DNA of 63,834 nucleotides, the filler included, from Octopus bimaculoides (taxonomy: Eukaryota): NCBI RefSeq assembly GCF_001194135.2. It is 7 parts of 7 records of this genome, joined end to end, with 100 filler letters (N's around TTAATTAATTAA, not from the genome) between each part and the next. Parts side by side here need not be neighbours in the genome. Positions count along the whole stretch, not along the records: positions 46,333 to 51,521 come from NC_068994.1; positions 51,622 to 59,417 come from NC_069004.1; positions 59,518 to 63,834 come from NC_068992.1; 4 more parts are not named here. The stretch is one strand, 5' to 3'. A program made the position numbers and the translations under genes. Numbering within the stretch: position 1 is the stretch's first letter; each line of letters begins with the position of its first letter. Below, in pieces: positions 50,447 through 61,350 of the stretch. The notes beneath the pieces were generated by a model, which was not told where the DNA came from, did not search any database, and was given only the letters and a program-made list of their open reading frames with translations.

Positions 50447-51440
50447 ACACACAGATTAGTATTTACAAACAAAACACTACAAACACCCGAAAACAAAACA
50501 GAGAAACAGTTTCTACGTGACTGCTCGACTTGCTAAAAATAGCAACAAAATTTCCCTTTTAAATGACGTCAGCTATCTTAAACGTTAGTAACTTTATTAT
50601 TAATTTCGAGAAACAGAAAATATGAATGCGATTTTCGTCATCGGAATGGAAAACTTCATCAAAACTACATCTTTTGAAAATAATCTGATGAAAAATGATA
50701 ACTCTTCATGTGGTTGGAAGAAATTTAACAAGGTTCAGGGACACATGGGATGAATGTGGCCCAGAAGATGTGTGTGTAGGAAAAAAGAAACAAAACACGA
50801 AACAAAACAAAAACCGACAAGGTGATCTGAAGTAGAACATCATTAATGTAAAACTGTTCCTCGATCAATACAGATTTGGAACAACAACAAGCAGCATTAA
50901 CAGTCACAAATGCGAATGTTTACACACAAACACATGCGCACAGCCATGGGTAGCCATGAAGAAAAATAAACCCACGCTAGTCATTAAGAAAAGTGAAAAT
51001 AAAACAAATTTTGAAATTGAAATAAAATGTTATTCAAAAGTAAACCATTCCGAAAGATGTTTTAGAATGTTTTGAAAACATTCATCCCCGGTTTTCCCAT
51101 ATTTTTCCCTCCAAAGAAACTCATTTAGATGGGATTCGATCATATTTGTTTGTACTCCCATCATACTGTTCAATCTGCGTGTTTTATAATTCACCACTTT
51201 CTTCTCCTTTAGAAATGAATAAACAGCATTAAAACTCTGAATATATGGCTAAATATCATAAAACATTTTAAATAACAATAAACCGAATGATTACGAGACG
51301 AATAACATTTTATTTCAGTTTCAAAACTGTCTTATTTTCACTTTCTTAATGACTAGCGCGAGGGGTTCCCCCTTCTTGAGTACCCAGCCGTGTACAAAAG
51401 CTAAATACACACACAAACTCGTACTGCTACAGAAACGTGT

Positions 51441-51472
<32 letters not shown>

Positions 51473-51621
51473 GCATACACACGCGCACGCACGCATAATC
51501 CCACATGCTGACGAGGCTAAANNNNNNNNNNNNNNNNNNNNNNNNNNNNNNNNNNNNNNNNNNNNTTAATTAATTAANNNNNNNNNNNNNNNNNNNNNNN
51601 NNNNNNNNNNNNNNNNNNNNN

Positions 51622-51656
51622 CAAGCTACTTACCACACAGCCACTCCTGCGCCTAT
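51622..51656 (-). mobile_element. SINE family A head, cut by a linker gap
   Basis: CAAGCTACTTACCACACAGCCACTCCTGCGCC is an exact reverse complement of the head. Confidence 0.9.
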
Positions 51657-52010
51657 ATCTAATTATAGATTGATCACTAAACCCACAAGTTTTTTTTTAT
51701 TCTTTCTCTGTTTATTTCCTCATATTCCTTTCTGTTAAAGAGCATAGGCTCAAAACATAAAACACTTTCTCACTTTCCTGAGCACCAAACTAATTCACCT
51801 ACTTGTTGTCCATACACATGTCTTTGTCTTTTGTTTTTCTGTAAATTTCAACTGGATTATCATAGCTTTCTGCAGCCTCTTCAGCTGAAGGATTGGCACT
51901 GGCATCATATGATTCGGATTCTCCTTTAATATTCTTTCTTTCCGCTTCATAGACTGCATCGAGTAAATCTTTCATTGGAAATACATGCATCACTTAACAG
52001 TTTCTCTCAG

Positions 52011-52121
52011 GCTCGAAAATCCTTGTAGATTATGATAAGTCTGGAAGATGCTGGATTGCCTGGAGACACAAGAAACACAGCCACTTGGAACCAAAGAATG
52101 GCCGTGTCATTATAGCGCCAG
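52011..52121 (+). CDS. Candidate internal coding exon of an unidentified host gene (phase 1-1)
   Basis: TTTCTCTCAG acceptor, CCAG|GTAGAT donor, 111 nt, open frame SKILVDYDKSGRCWIAWRHKKHSHLEPKNGRVIIAP; no homology recognised. Confidence 0.35.
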
Positions 52122-52356
52122 GTAGATTGGTTTGTCATATTCAGGTCTTTATAAATATTTCACTGTTTGCAGATTCGTTGGCGAATCACTGGCGGGACAA
52201 CCAAAATACCTTGTGATATTTTACTGAATCTCTTTACATTCTGGTTTCAAATCCTTTCAGTGTCAGTAACTACCAGCAATATACTAGGGTCACCTTAATG
52301 AGATTTACCCTTTCTTCAACATTTCCCATCATGTTACCAATATCGGAAATCATTAA

Positions 52357-52575
52357 CCCTTTAGCATTTAGATTTCTTTGTGAAATTTACTGCTTATTTA
52401 TTCATACTGTTTTGAATTAATCACATTATTTTGTAACTTCAAAATTTAAATGATGTGGATACATATTTTTTAAATGACATTGTAGGGTAGGTGTGAGAGT
52501 TTGGATCCAGACAGTTTTAACATAAAACAGTTGGAATATTTGGGCCGGATATGACCCGATTAAAATCCTAAAGGG
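52357..52575. mobile_element. 219-bp piggyBac-type MITE
   Basis: TTAA|CCCTTTAGCATTT ... AAATCCTAAAGGG|TTAA: 13-bp TIR (12/13) and TTAA duplication at 52353-56 and 52576-79. Confidence 0.9.
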
Positions 52576-54070
52576 TTAAATTAAAGCTTGAATCACCACC
52601 ACAAAATTTGGTCAGTTTATTATCTATGGCTGCTAATGAATTATTTTTGTGAATCTCACCAGACAGATGACTGTCAACTTTGACAGAGAATCTTCCAAAT
52701 TCTGAAAGTACAAAGTCCATTGCTAATCTCCAATTCTTGATCCAATTTCCTGGCTGTCAGCAACTTTGGGTTTCCACCAGTTCCAACCCATCATTGGTTT
52801 TATTTTGACACATTAACCATCAATTTCTACATTGTGTACAGAGTTGTCATGGCAATGTTAATAATGGATGCTGGTTGGCTCCCTGCCTGCCTGGTGATCT
52901 CTGCTGTTTAATGCTTTGATTTCCATTCCAGAAAACACAATAACTTTAATGATGGATGTTGGTATTTTAGTATGGCCTATGAATAGTGGTGGTGGTGGTG
53001 GTGGGTGAATACCCAAGGAATGCAGTTTGTGGAATATCAATATAAGCCTGTCACTGATTAATATTTTGAAATTTGCGGGTATCTTTTAACATTTGCTCTT
53101 ATAGTATTAATTACATTGTTATCTCATTGTTTCTACCATCATCATCAATAATGTCATCACTACTTCAAATTGATCTACTTAGATCTAGTTAGCTCCAATC
53201 ACCCCTCCACCACCACCACATACTTCCAGGTTAACTCCATAAATATTGCCACACTGCTCATTGTTATGGATACCTTTACCCCTAGTCCAGACCTGCCCCA
53301 CCCCAGAATACTGTCAATACTCCAAACTCTCAACTCTGAGTCTATGAAATATAATAGATTTGGAAGAAATAAGGAAGAATTTTGTCTTTCAAGACAATAT
53401 ACTCTATGCCTCTGTCTTTGAGTTGTCATATTGAAAGACAAACAGAAAGAGAGCATGTTATGTATGCATGTATCAATCTATCTGTCCATCTATCTATTTG
53501 TCTGTCTATCTATATGTGTGGGTGTGTATGTGTATATATATATATATATATATTATGTGTGTGTGTATACACATATACACACTACCTTTTTCTTTAAGTT
53601 GTACTGTTGTAAGACATTAGAGAACAAGTTGTATGTATGTATGTATGTATACGTGTGTGTGTGTGTGTGTGTATGTGCACATACAAGAAAGAGAGAGAGA
53701 GAGAGATAAATGGATATTGCAGGGTTTTTTTTGGAATTTAGACAGTCTTTGAAAAGGGAGAAGATGAATGATTTGGATGTAAAATAATCTTCTAGATTAT
53801 TCCATAGATTTAGTAAGTTTTCTATTATAACGATAAAATCTTTTACCGGTTCTCATAACAAAATATTTGTAATTCATGTTATTTTCTTTTTTTTCTTCTT
53901 TTATTTCTCTCTCTTATTTGATATCGTTTGATCTTTCAACACCAGAGGAGGAATGAAGAATTGTTCATTGTTCAACAAATGTTAGTTTTCAATATTGAAT
54001 TTGATCAATCAGAAAAAGGAATCAAATAGATTTGAGTTACCAAATTTGATAGTTTCATTACAAAAGACAA

Positions 54071-54104
<34 letters not shown>

Positions 54105-54584
54105 GAACCAAAAATCATTTATATCAACATTTATGTTTTTTGGCAAGTATTTGAAGCATTGTCATAGAAATTATATGTCTGGAATAAATTTTATGATTAT
54201 ATATTATCAAAGATAGAAGCAAAGTAAGACTCTTCAGATTTCTATAATTTCTGAGAGCTGTGCTTGTAATAGTATGTTTGTTTCTTTTACTTCAATTCCT
54301 CAAACTAATGGAACAACTATATTTCCATTCCTAATTAATTTAGAAAATAGATTTCTTTCATATTGCCTGAATCTTCATGGGTGATCCATCAGCTTATAAT
54401 ACAATTCTTTAACAAAACCTGTCTCAGCCTGCTCCTCTTTACTCCAACATGCACTTGTACAGTTTTGTTTCGATAATACTCTACATTACTGTGAGTATTG
54501 TTCTATTTGGTTTCTCTCCCTTTGTTTATCCAGCCTACCAAATCTATTAACAGTAAATTTAGCCGCGGCTGCCTGTGACAGCAT

Positions 54585-54710
54585 TTGTTACACACATCAC
54601 ACAACCTGATATACCAGCCGTTACTTTGTGTTACACCAATATATACCAGCTGTTACAATGTGTTACACCAGTCTGTTACACCAATCTTTTACACCAATGG
54701 TGTAACAGAT
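54585..54710. repeat. Degenerate TGTTACACCA minisatellite
   Basis: About seven variant (TG)TTACA(CCA) units, ending in an inverted TGGTGTAACA. Confidence 0.75.
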
Positions 54711-54832
54711 GTATGATAAATGTTATTGGTGACTAACCATTAAACAAGAATCACTGCAACGGAAGCTGAGAGGTTTCTTAAGAGAGGATTCTCATTACTA
54801 TAACACACACACATGGGTGTGTGATCACTATC

Positions 54833-55120
54833 ATAGGTGCAAATGTGGCTGTGTGTTAAAAAGTTTGCTTCCAAACCATATGGTTTTGGGTTCAGTCCCA
54901 CTGTATGACCAACGTCTTGCAAATGGATTTGGTAGATGGAAATTGAAAAGGTGCTCGCCGTGTGTATTGTGTGTGTGCATGTGTGTGTGTGTATCTGTCT
55001 ATCTGTCCCCCACCCCCACTTGACAATTATTGGCGTGTTTATGTGGTGTTGGTGTGTTTATGTCCTTCTAACTTAGCAGTTTAGCAAAAATGACTAATGG
55101 AATAAGTACCAGGCTTAAAA
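54833..55120 (+). mobile_element. SINE family A variant, degenerate
   Basis: GTGGCTGTGTG..GGGTTCAGTCCCACTG..GGATTTGGTAGATGGAAA..AACTTAGCAG..ATAAGTACCAGGCTT. Confidence 0.8.
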
Positions 55121-55135
55121 AAAGAAAAAAGAAGT

Positions 55136-55205
<70 letters not shown>

Positions 55206-55747
55206 NNNNNNNNNNNNNNNNNNNNNNNNNNNNNNNNNNNNNNNNNNNNNNNNNNNNNNNNNNNNNNNNNNNNNNNNNNNNNNNNNNNNNNNNNNNNNNN
55301 NNNNNNNNNNNNNNNNNNNNNNNNNNNNNNNNNNNNNNNNNNNNNNNNNNNNNNNNNNNNNNNNNNNNNNNNNNNNNNNNNNNNNNNNNNNNNNNNNNNN
55401 NNNNNNNNNNNNNNNNNNNNAAAAAAGAGAGAGAGATAAAGCTAACAGGCTAGTGTCAGTGGGTTCGACAGGCTGGCTGATAAAGTAGTTTCGTAGGAGG
55501 TCTAAGCTTAAAGAGAGGAGCATTCCCCTCACTTCATTCTCTAGAAATCTTTGCTAGATATTATGTAAGGACTCACCATCTGACTCTGCAATCTTCTTCA
55601 CATGCTGTTCACCTATTTATCAGGTATTTGTCAATCTAACACCTCCACTACCAGCCACACCCCTGAAATACCCTGCCACACCCCTATAAACCATTGTTTA
55701 CATTTCACATATTATACACAAATTCTTTCCTATTATTGTTGTTTCTG

Positions 55748-55805
<58 letters not shown>

Positions 55806-56126
55806 CATCTCTTAATAGATTATAATGAGTTCCATGTTTCCTGTTTTAAATTAATAGTTATGGCTAATTAATGCTTGAGACTTGTGTTGGTGAGAGAGAG
55901 ATGAAGAAGAAAAAGGTGGGGTTTTTGCAGTGGCTTCAAATCAAGATGGGTGGGGTGGGCAGGTGTTGCCAGTTCTAAAGAACTGATTTTGTAATGAGAA
56001 CCCAAGATGATAGACCAGTGTTCAAGAATTTTTTTTTTCATTTTCTTTTTATGTTTCTTCTTTAAATTGTCAAAGTCTAATTGTAAGGAATGTCTAAGAT
56101 CTTTGACTCAATTATTTTTTCTGCAG

Positions 56127-56212
56127 AACTTCCATCCCTGCCGTTCCATCATTTAGTGGGAGGGATTCTCTCTCAAAACAAGGAATTTTACAGCTCAGTG
56201 CCTCTCTCTCAG
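56127..56212 (+). CDS. Candidate internal coding exon (phase 1-0), frame-compatible with 52011-52121
   Basis: ATTATTTTTTCTGCAG acceptor, CAG|GTTTGA donor, open frame (E)LPSLPFHHLVGGILSQNKEFYSSVPLSQ. Confidence 0.33.
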
Positions 56213-56307
56213 GTTTGAAGTTAGTCAAAGCTATTTCTATTTATTTTCATTGGCCAGGTCAGCTGGAGCAAGCAGTATTAAATTGGTCTTTGATAGTGTT
56301 TCTACGT

Positions 56308-56436
56308 GGAGGCGCAATGGCCCAGTGGTTAGGGCAGCGGACTCACAGTCATAGGATCGCGGTTTCGATTCCCAGACCAGGCGTTGTAAGTGTTTATTGA
56401 GCGAAAACACCTAAAAGCACCACGAAGTCATGAGTC
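56308..56436 (+). mobile_element. SINE family D (tRNA-like head)
   Basis: GGAGGCGCAATGGCCCAGTGGTTAGGGCAGCGGACTC..GGTTTCGATTCCC with A/B boxes, then a non-tRNA body; second copy at 50345. Confidence 0.82.
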
Positions 56437-56464
56437 ACAATGCCAGGTACTACATCAGGGCTTT

Positions 56465-56519
<55 letters not shown>

Positions 56520-56522
<3 letters not shown>

Positions 56523-56712
56523 GGCAGTGAGCTGGCAGAATTGTTAGTATGCAGGGCAAAATGCTTAGCAGTATATCATCTGTCTTTATGTTCCAAGTTC
56601 AAATTCCTTTGAGTTGATAAATTAAGTACCAACAAAACATTGGGGTTGATAAAATCAACTAGTCTCCCACCCAAATTTCAGACCTTGTGCCTATAGTAGA
56701 AAGGATTATTAT
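56520..56712 (+). mobile_element. SINE family B embedded in (ATT)n
   Basis: AAGGCAGTGAGCTGGCAGAATTG..AGTTCAAATTCC..GGCCTT-like tail; (ATT)n on both sides. Confidence 0.87.
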
Positions 56713-57780
56713 TGTTGTTGCTGTTGTCTTCATCGGTTTATTAGTCTATGAGCTCTGTCTCCTCTCATTGTATTTCTACCTCATGTACAGTAATTTCTAC
56801 AATGACAAAAATTGAATTTTCAAAAATCATCAAATATTAAAATATTTATTTGCAATATTTTTTCGTCTTCATTCATAACATAATTTTTAATTACTTATAT
56901 TTTCCAACAGAAAATATATTTACATAATCATTATTGTTTGTTTGTTTTTTTTCTCATTACTTAAATTACCATTTTTCCTTTCTCAATTCCCATCGCAACA
57001 AGACAATGACTGAATGTTGTAATTCCAATCAAAGTTTTGGTTGTTTTGATCGAAAGGAATCATTAGAAAGTAATTACCCTCAGTTGAGAAAGAGTTAACG
57101 AGAAAACCCTGATGAAAGCAAATGAGATAATAATGTCGGAAGAGAATCGAAATAGTTTGGAACCATGGGGAGATTTTCTAATTTGCAGAGAAGACAAAAT
57201 AATGGTGAATTTTCCCTGGAGTAATCAATAAGATAACATTAATATTTAAAATCTAAATCTAAAAAGTCTGTGGAAACCAAAAGCTTTGGCACTACAATAC
57301 TTTATTAAGTGACTTCACTTTGTTTAGTCTTGTCCTACTTCAGTCCAATGTTTATTCAGATGTGACTAAGAACTACCAGTAATATACTTGGTTCTCTTTG
57401 TTATAGTCTTTCCTAAAAATTCACTTTTGCTTTTCATAGAAATATAATTAAGATGTTTCTTTCATTCTGTGATATTCAGACTTCATCTGTCATAAGTTGA
57501 TTTGTTTTTTTTTTGTTCTCTTTTTCATTCTATCTTAAATAAGGTTGTTAATGATTCACCAAATATTTCAGCACTACTTCTGATTAGTTGTCCTTTATTT
57601 ATTCATTTTACCTCTTTGTTATGTCCCAAAGCAAGGTTCATTTTCAAGACTATAATTTCCTTTGCCTATTAACTTCCTTCTCACAGAAATTTTATAACAT
57701 TTTGAATATATTTATAATATTTTTGATAAATTTACTTCATTTCGATATCTTTAAAATATTTGCAGCACTTTTTTTATATT

Positions 57781-58138
57781 CTTTTATTTGTTTTGGTCAT
57801 TTTCACTGCAGTCATGCTGGAGCATTGCTTTGAAGAGTTTTAGTTGAACAAATCAATCCCAGGGTTTATAATTTTTTAAGCCTTGTATTTATTCTATCGG
57901 TCTCTTTTGCCAAACCACTAAGTTTAAAGGGACATAAACACACAAACACTAGTTGTCAGGCAGTGATGAGGGGACAAGCACTAACACAAAGACACACACT
58001 GGTAGATGTTTCCATCTACCAAATCCACTCGCGAGGCTTTGGTCGGCCCGGGGCTATAGTAGAAGACACTTGCCCAAAGTGCCACACAGTGGAACTTAAC
58101 CCAGAACCATGTGGTTGGGAAGCAAGCTTCTTTACAAT
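57781..58138 (-). mobile_element. SINE family A
   Basis: Reverse complement of the consensus; its internal microsatellite segment is replaced by the hairpin TGGTAGATG-TTTC-CATCTACCA (58000-58021). Confidence 0.88.
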
Positions 58139-59144
58139 ATTTAAGCTGTGTTTACAGTATCGGTTTCAAATTTTGGCACAAGGCCAGCAAGTTTGTTGCA
58201 CGTTAATTTCACGAGCAGGCTGTTCCGTTGATCGGATCAACTGGAACCCTCGACGTCGTAAGCGACAGAGTGCCAACAACAACAAGATATACTCACGTAC
58301 ACACATATATCTATTACACAGTCATATGAGCATGCCCATACATACACATACATTCATATATGTGCATACACACTCAGATACATACATACTCTAAAATAGA
58401 TACATACACACACACACACACATGCGTACATACATACATACACCCACACATATTGATATGCATACATACCCTTACACAGATACTTTCTTAAACAAACACC
58501 AATACACATGACACACATAAACTCATAGATACATACACACATGCACTGAGACATTGCACATACACACCTACATCGACAGACACGTATATACGCATGCGTG
58601 AGTATATATAAGTTAATTATTGAAACAAACTGAAACCTGTAGAAAATCAATGATGTTTAATGGCAGATCAAACAAAAAGAAAGAAAAAAACAACCAAAAC
58701 AAACCTCATTAATTTAATGAGTCCTAGAACTGATAACTTTAATTGTACAATTGTTAGATTGTTATCGTTTTAATGAGCTTTCATCACATCATTCGTTATT
58801 CCATGTCCCATCGTTGATGTTCTCCCTCACATCCCTCTCCTCCTCACAGCTCTCTCCTCCTCACAGCTCTCTCCCCCACCCACTCTTTTTACTCCCTTGT
58901 TTAATTTTCAATTAATTATTAATTGTTGTTGTTGTTGTTTTATAACTTTAATGGCTCGAACCATTTCTCCTGCCACCACCCACATAAACTAATGGATTCT
59001 CCCATAGACTTCCCCAAGTTAGTGTTCCAATTGCTCAATCAATCAGATCGAACAAGCTCTACCTTGTGTTAAATTGTAAAGTGGATGAGTATTCCTCGGA
59101 CACTTGTAGCTTTTAGTCACAGGTAGACTTAGCCATGGCTTGGG

Positions 59145-59333
59145 ACATGGCTCAGTCTGTTTCAGTCAACTTTACTCATTGGGATTCGACACAGTTTTCA
59201 AACCCAACACAAATCCATTCATGAGGTTTGAGTCAATCTGAAGTTATGGCTGAAGACACTTGCCCAAGGTGGCACACAGTGGGACTGAACTTGAAACCAC
59301 ATTGTTGTGAGCCAAATGTAACCATGCGGCCAT
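59145..59333 (-). mobile_element. SINE family A-related, degenerate
   Basis: GAAGACACTTGCCCAAGGTGGCACACAGTGGGACTGAAC head in reverse. Confidence 0.7.
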
Positions 59334-59549
59334 GAGCTTATTTTTATGAACAATCATACATGAATCAACAAAGGGAACATCCATCTTCTTAGTCAATCAG
59401 CAGGTAAAATGATGATGNNNNNNNNNNNNNNNNNNNNNNNNNNNNNNNNNNNNNNNNNNNNTTAATTAATTAANNNNNNNNNNNNNNNNNNNNNNNNNNN
59501 NNNNNNNNNNNNNNNNNTATATATATGAATGTATGTATGTATGTATGTA

Positions 59550-60484
59550 TTGGATCATTCTATATATAATGCGGTATTTTCAAATGCATGTTATAAAAGT
59601 CGAAGAGGGACGGGATGAACTGCCTGCATCAACTTGCTTAAAACTTGTTTTTATTCTTTGAGCAAGTTTTGAAGAGTGCAGTTCGATTTTAACAGTTTTT
59701 TTCTCAAAACTATAATGGGAGTGATAAAGGAGCATATTCGGCATATTTTGCTTTATGAGTTTAATAAAAGCAACAACTCCACGGTAAGTGCGAGAAATAT
59801 TAATACAGTATATGGGGTTCGCACAATAAGCGTAAGCTAGTATCAACGGTAGTTCCAGAAATTCCGAGCCGGAAACTACAGCCTAGAAGACGAGCCTCGT
59901 TCTGGAAGATCTGTAGAGCTCGAAGTGGACGTCCTGCAAATCCTGGGGGAACAAAATCTCATCGTAGCTGTTGAGGAACTAGCAAGAGAAGCTTGGATTT
60001 TGTCGTTCAACCATTCATCGACAGCTGCGCTAGAAGAAAAGCAGCCATCTTTGCTTTGAAGACGAAAGGTGTTCTTTCATGAGGATTATACTTGGCCACG
60101 TATGAAGATGACATTCCAAAGGCTGGAGCAGTTTGAATGGGAAACGATGACCCACCCACCATATTCGCCAGATATTGCCCCATCTGATTATTATTTATTC
60201 GGCAGTTTTCAAAATCATTTGGACGGAAAAAATATAAACTCTGTAGACGAGATCAGAACAATACTGGAATAGTATTTTTCGTCACGGACAAGGAAGTTTT
60301 GGAAGAGGTGGGGNNNNNNNNNNNNNNNNNGGGGGGGGGGGGGGTCTTGCAAATCTACCAGATAGATGGAAGAACATTGTAGAGAATGAAGGAGAGTATA
60401 TTTTAGATTAAAAAAGAACCTTATTGTAATTTTGAAAAATAAATTAAGTATAAAAAAATCCGCATTATTTATGGGATGACCCAA
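59550..60484 (+). mobile_element. Internally deleted mariner element with both TIRs and TA TSD
   Basis: TIRs TTGGATCATTCTATATATAATGCGG / CCGCATTATTTATGGGATGACCCAA with TA at 59548-49 and 60485-86; FQKFRAGNYSLEDEPRSGRS and THPPYSPDIAPSDYYLF motifs; central catalytic region missing. Confidence 0.93.
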
Positions 60485-60699
60485 TATATAAGAAAAAAGG
60501 GGTTGATAAAGAAATAAACGATTATCATATCAACTTCAGTAACTTACAACTGTTTCCGCTATAAAAGGAAGTGGTCTCATTGTTGAGTGCTTGAGTAGCA
60601 CCTCATAATATCATCATGCAACTTGACACACATCACACTCACATACATACACACATGCATGGTTACATAGACACAATTACATGGGTACAACTGAGTGCA

Positions 60700-60941
60700 T
60701 GTGTGTGTTATTTCTTTACTACCCACAAGGGGCTGTACACAGAGGGGACAAACAAGGACAGACAAACGGATTAAGTTGATTATACCGACCCCAGTACGTA
60801 ACTGGTACTTATTTAATCGACCCCCGAAAGGATGTAAGGCAAAGTCAACCTCGGCGGAATTTGAACTCAGAACGTAGCGGCAGACGAAATACCACTAAGC
60901 ATTTCGCCCGGCGTGCTAACGTTTCTGCCAGCTCGCCGCCG
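60700..60941 (-). mobile_element. SINE family B, well preserved
   Basis: ACTGGTACTTATTTAATCGACCCCCGAAAGG..CTCGGCGGAATTTGAACTCAGAACG..CTGCCAGCTCGCCGCC. Confidence 0.9.
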
Positions 60942-61236
60942 TTTGTGTGTGTGTGTGTGTGTNNNNNNNNNNNNNNNNNNNNNNNNNNNNNNNNNNNNNN
61001 NNNNNNNNNNNNNNNNNNNNNNNNNNNNNNNNNNNNNNNTGGTGTCTGTCTTCTTAGATTTGGTGAATAACAACAATTCACACAAAAAAAAGACCTTCGT
61101 GATTGTATGAAAATGTTCTTATCACCCAAAATGCCAACTTTTTTCTCTCTTCTTTTTTTTTAGGTTTGTTTTTATAGGCTGAGAACAGAAGCTGCAAGAA
61201 TTCAAAACGAACCAGTTCTTATGGGAGCAGATTATT

Positions 61237-61257
61237 TGATGATGATGATGATAATAA

Positions 61258-61288
<31 letters not shown>

Positions 61289-61294
61289 AATAAC

Positions 61295-61343
<49 letters not shown>

Positions 61344-61350
61344 GTAATAG
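61237..61350. repeat. (GAT)n(AAT)n trinucleotide tract
   Basis: Seen directly. Confidence 0.95.

Noticed and set aside
51799-51993. Acidic minus-strand ORF KDLLDAVYEAERKNIKGESESYDAS...
   Set aside because: No convincing splice sites, it runs into a family P repeat, and no family was recognised
52659-52700. Minus-strand 42-nt segment with good acceptor and GTGAGA donor; nearby MMGWNWW resembling alpha-galactosidase
   Set aside because: Too short, no consistent partner exons, and the glycosidase similarity does not extend
56308-56380. tRNA-like sequence with A and B boxes
   Set aside because: It continues into a SINE body with a second copy at 50345 and has no clean acceptor stem or terminator, so it is not called a tRNA gene
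57108-57155. CCTGATGA...CGAAAT
   Set aside because: The intervening sequence cannot form stem II, and no stem I or III is present
60308-60345. Poly-G tract as a G-quadruplex element
   Set aside because: A homopolymer expansion inside a dead mariner, partly N, and likely affected by sequencing error
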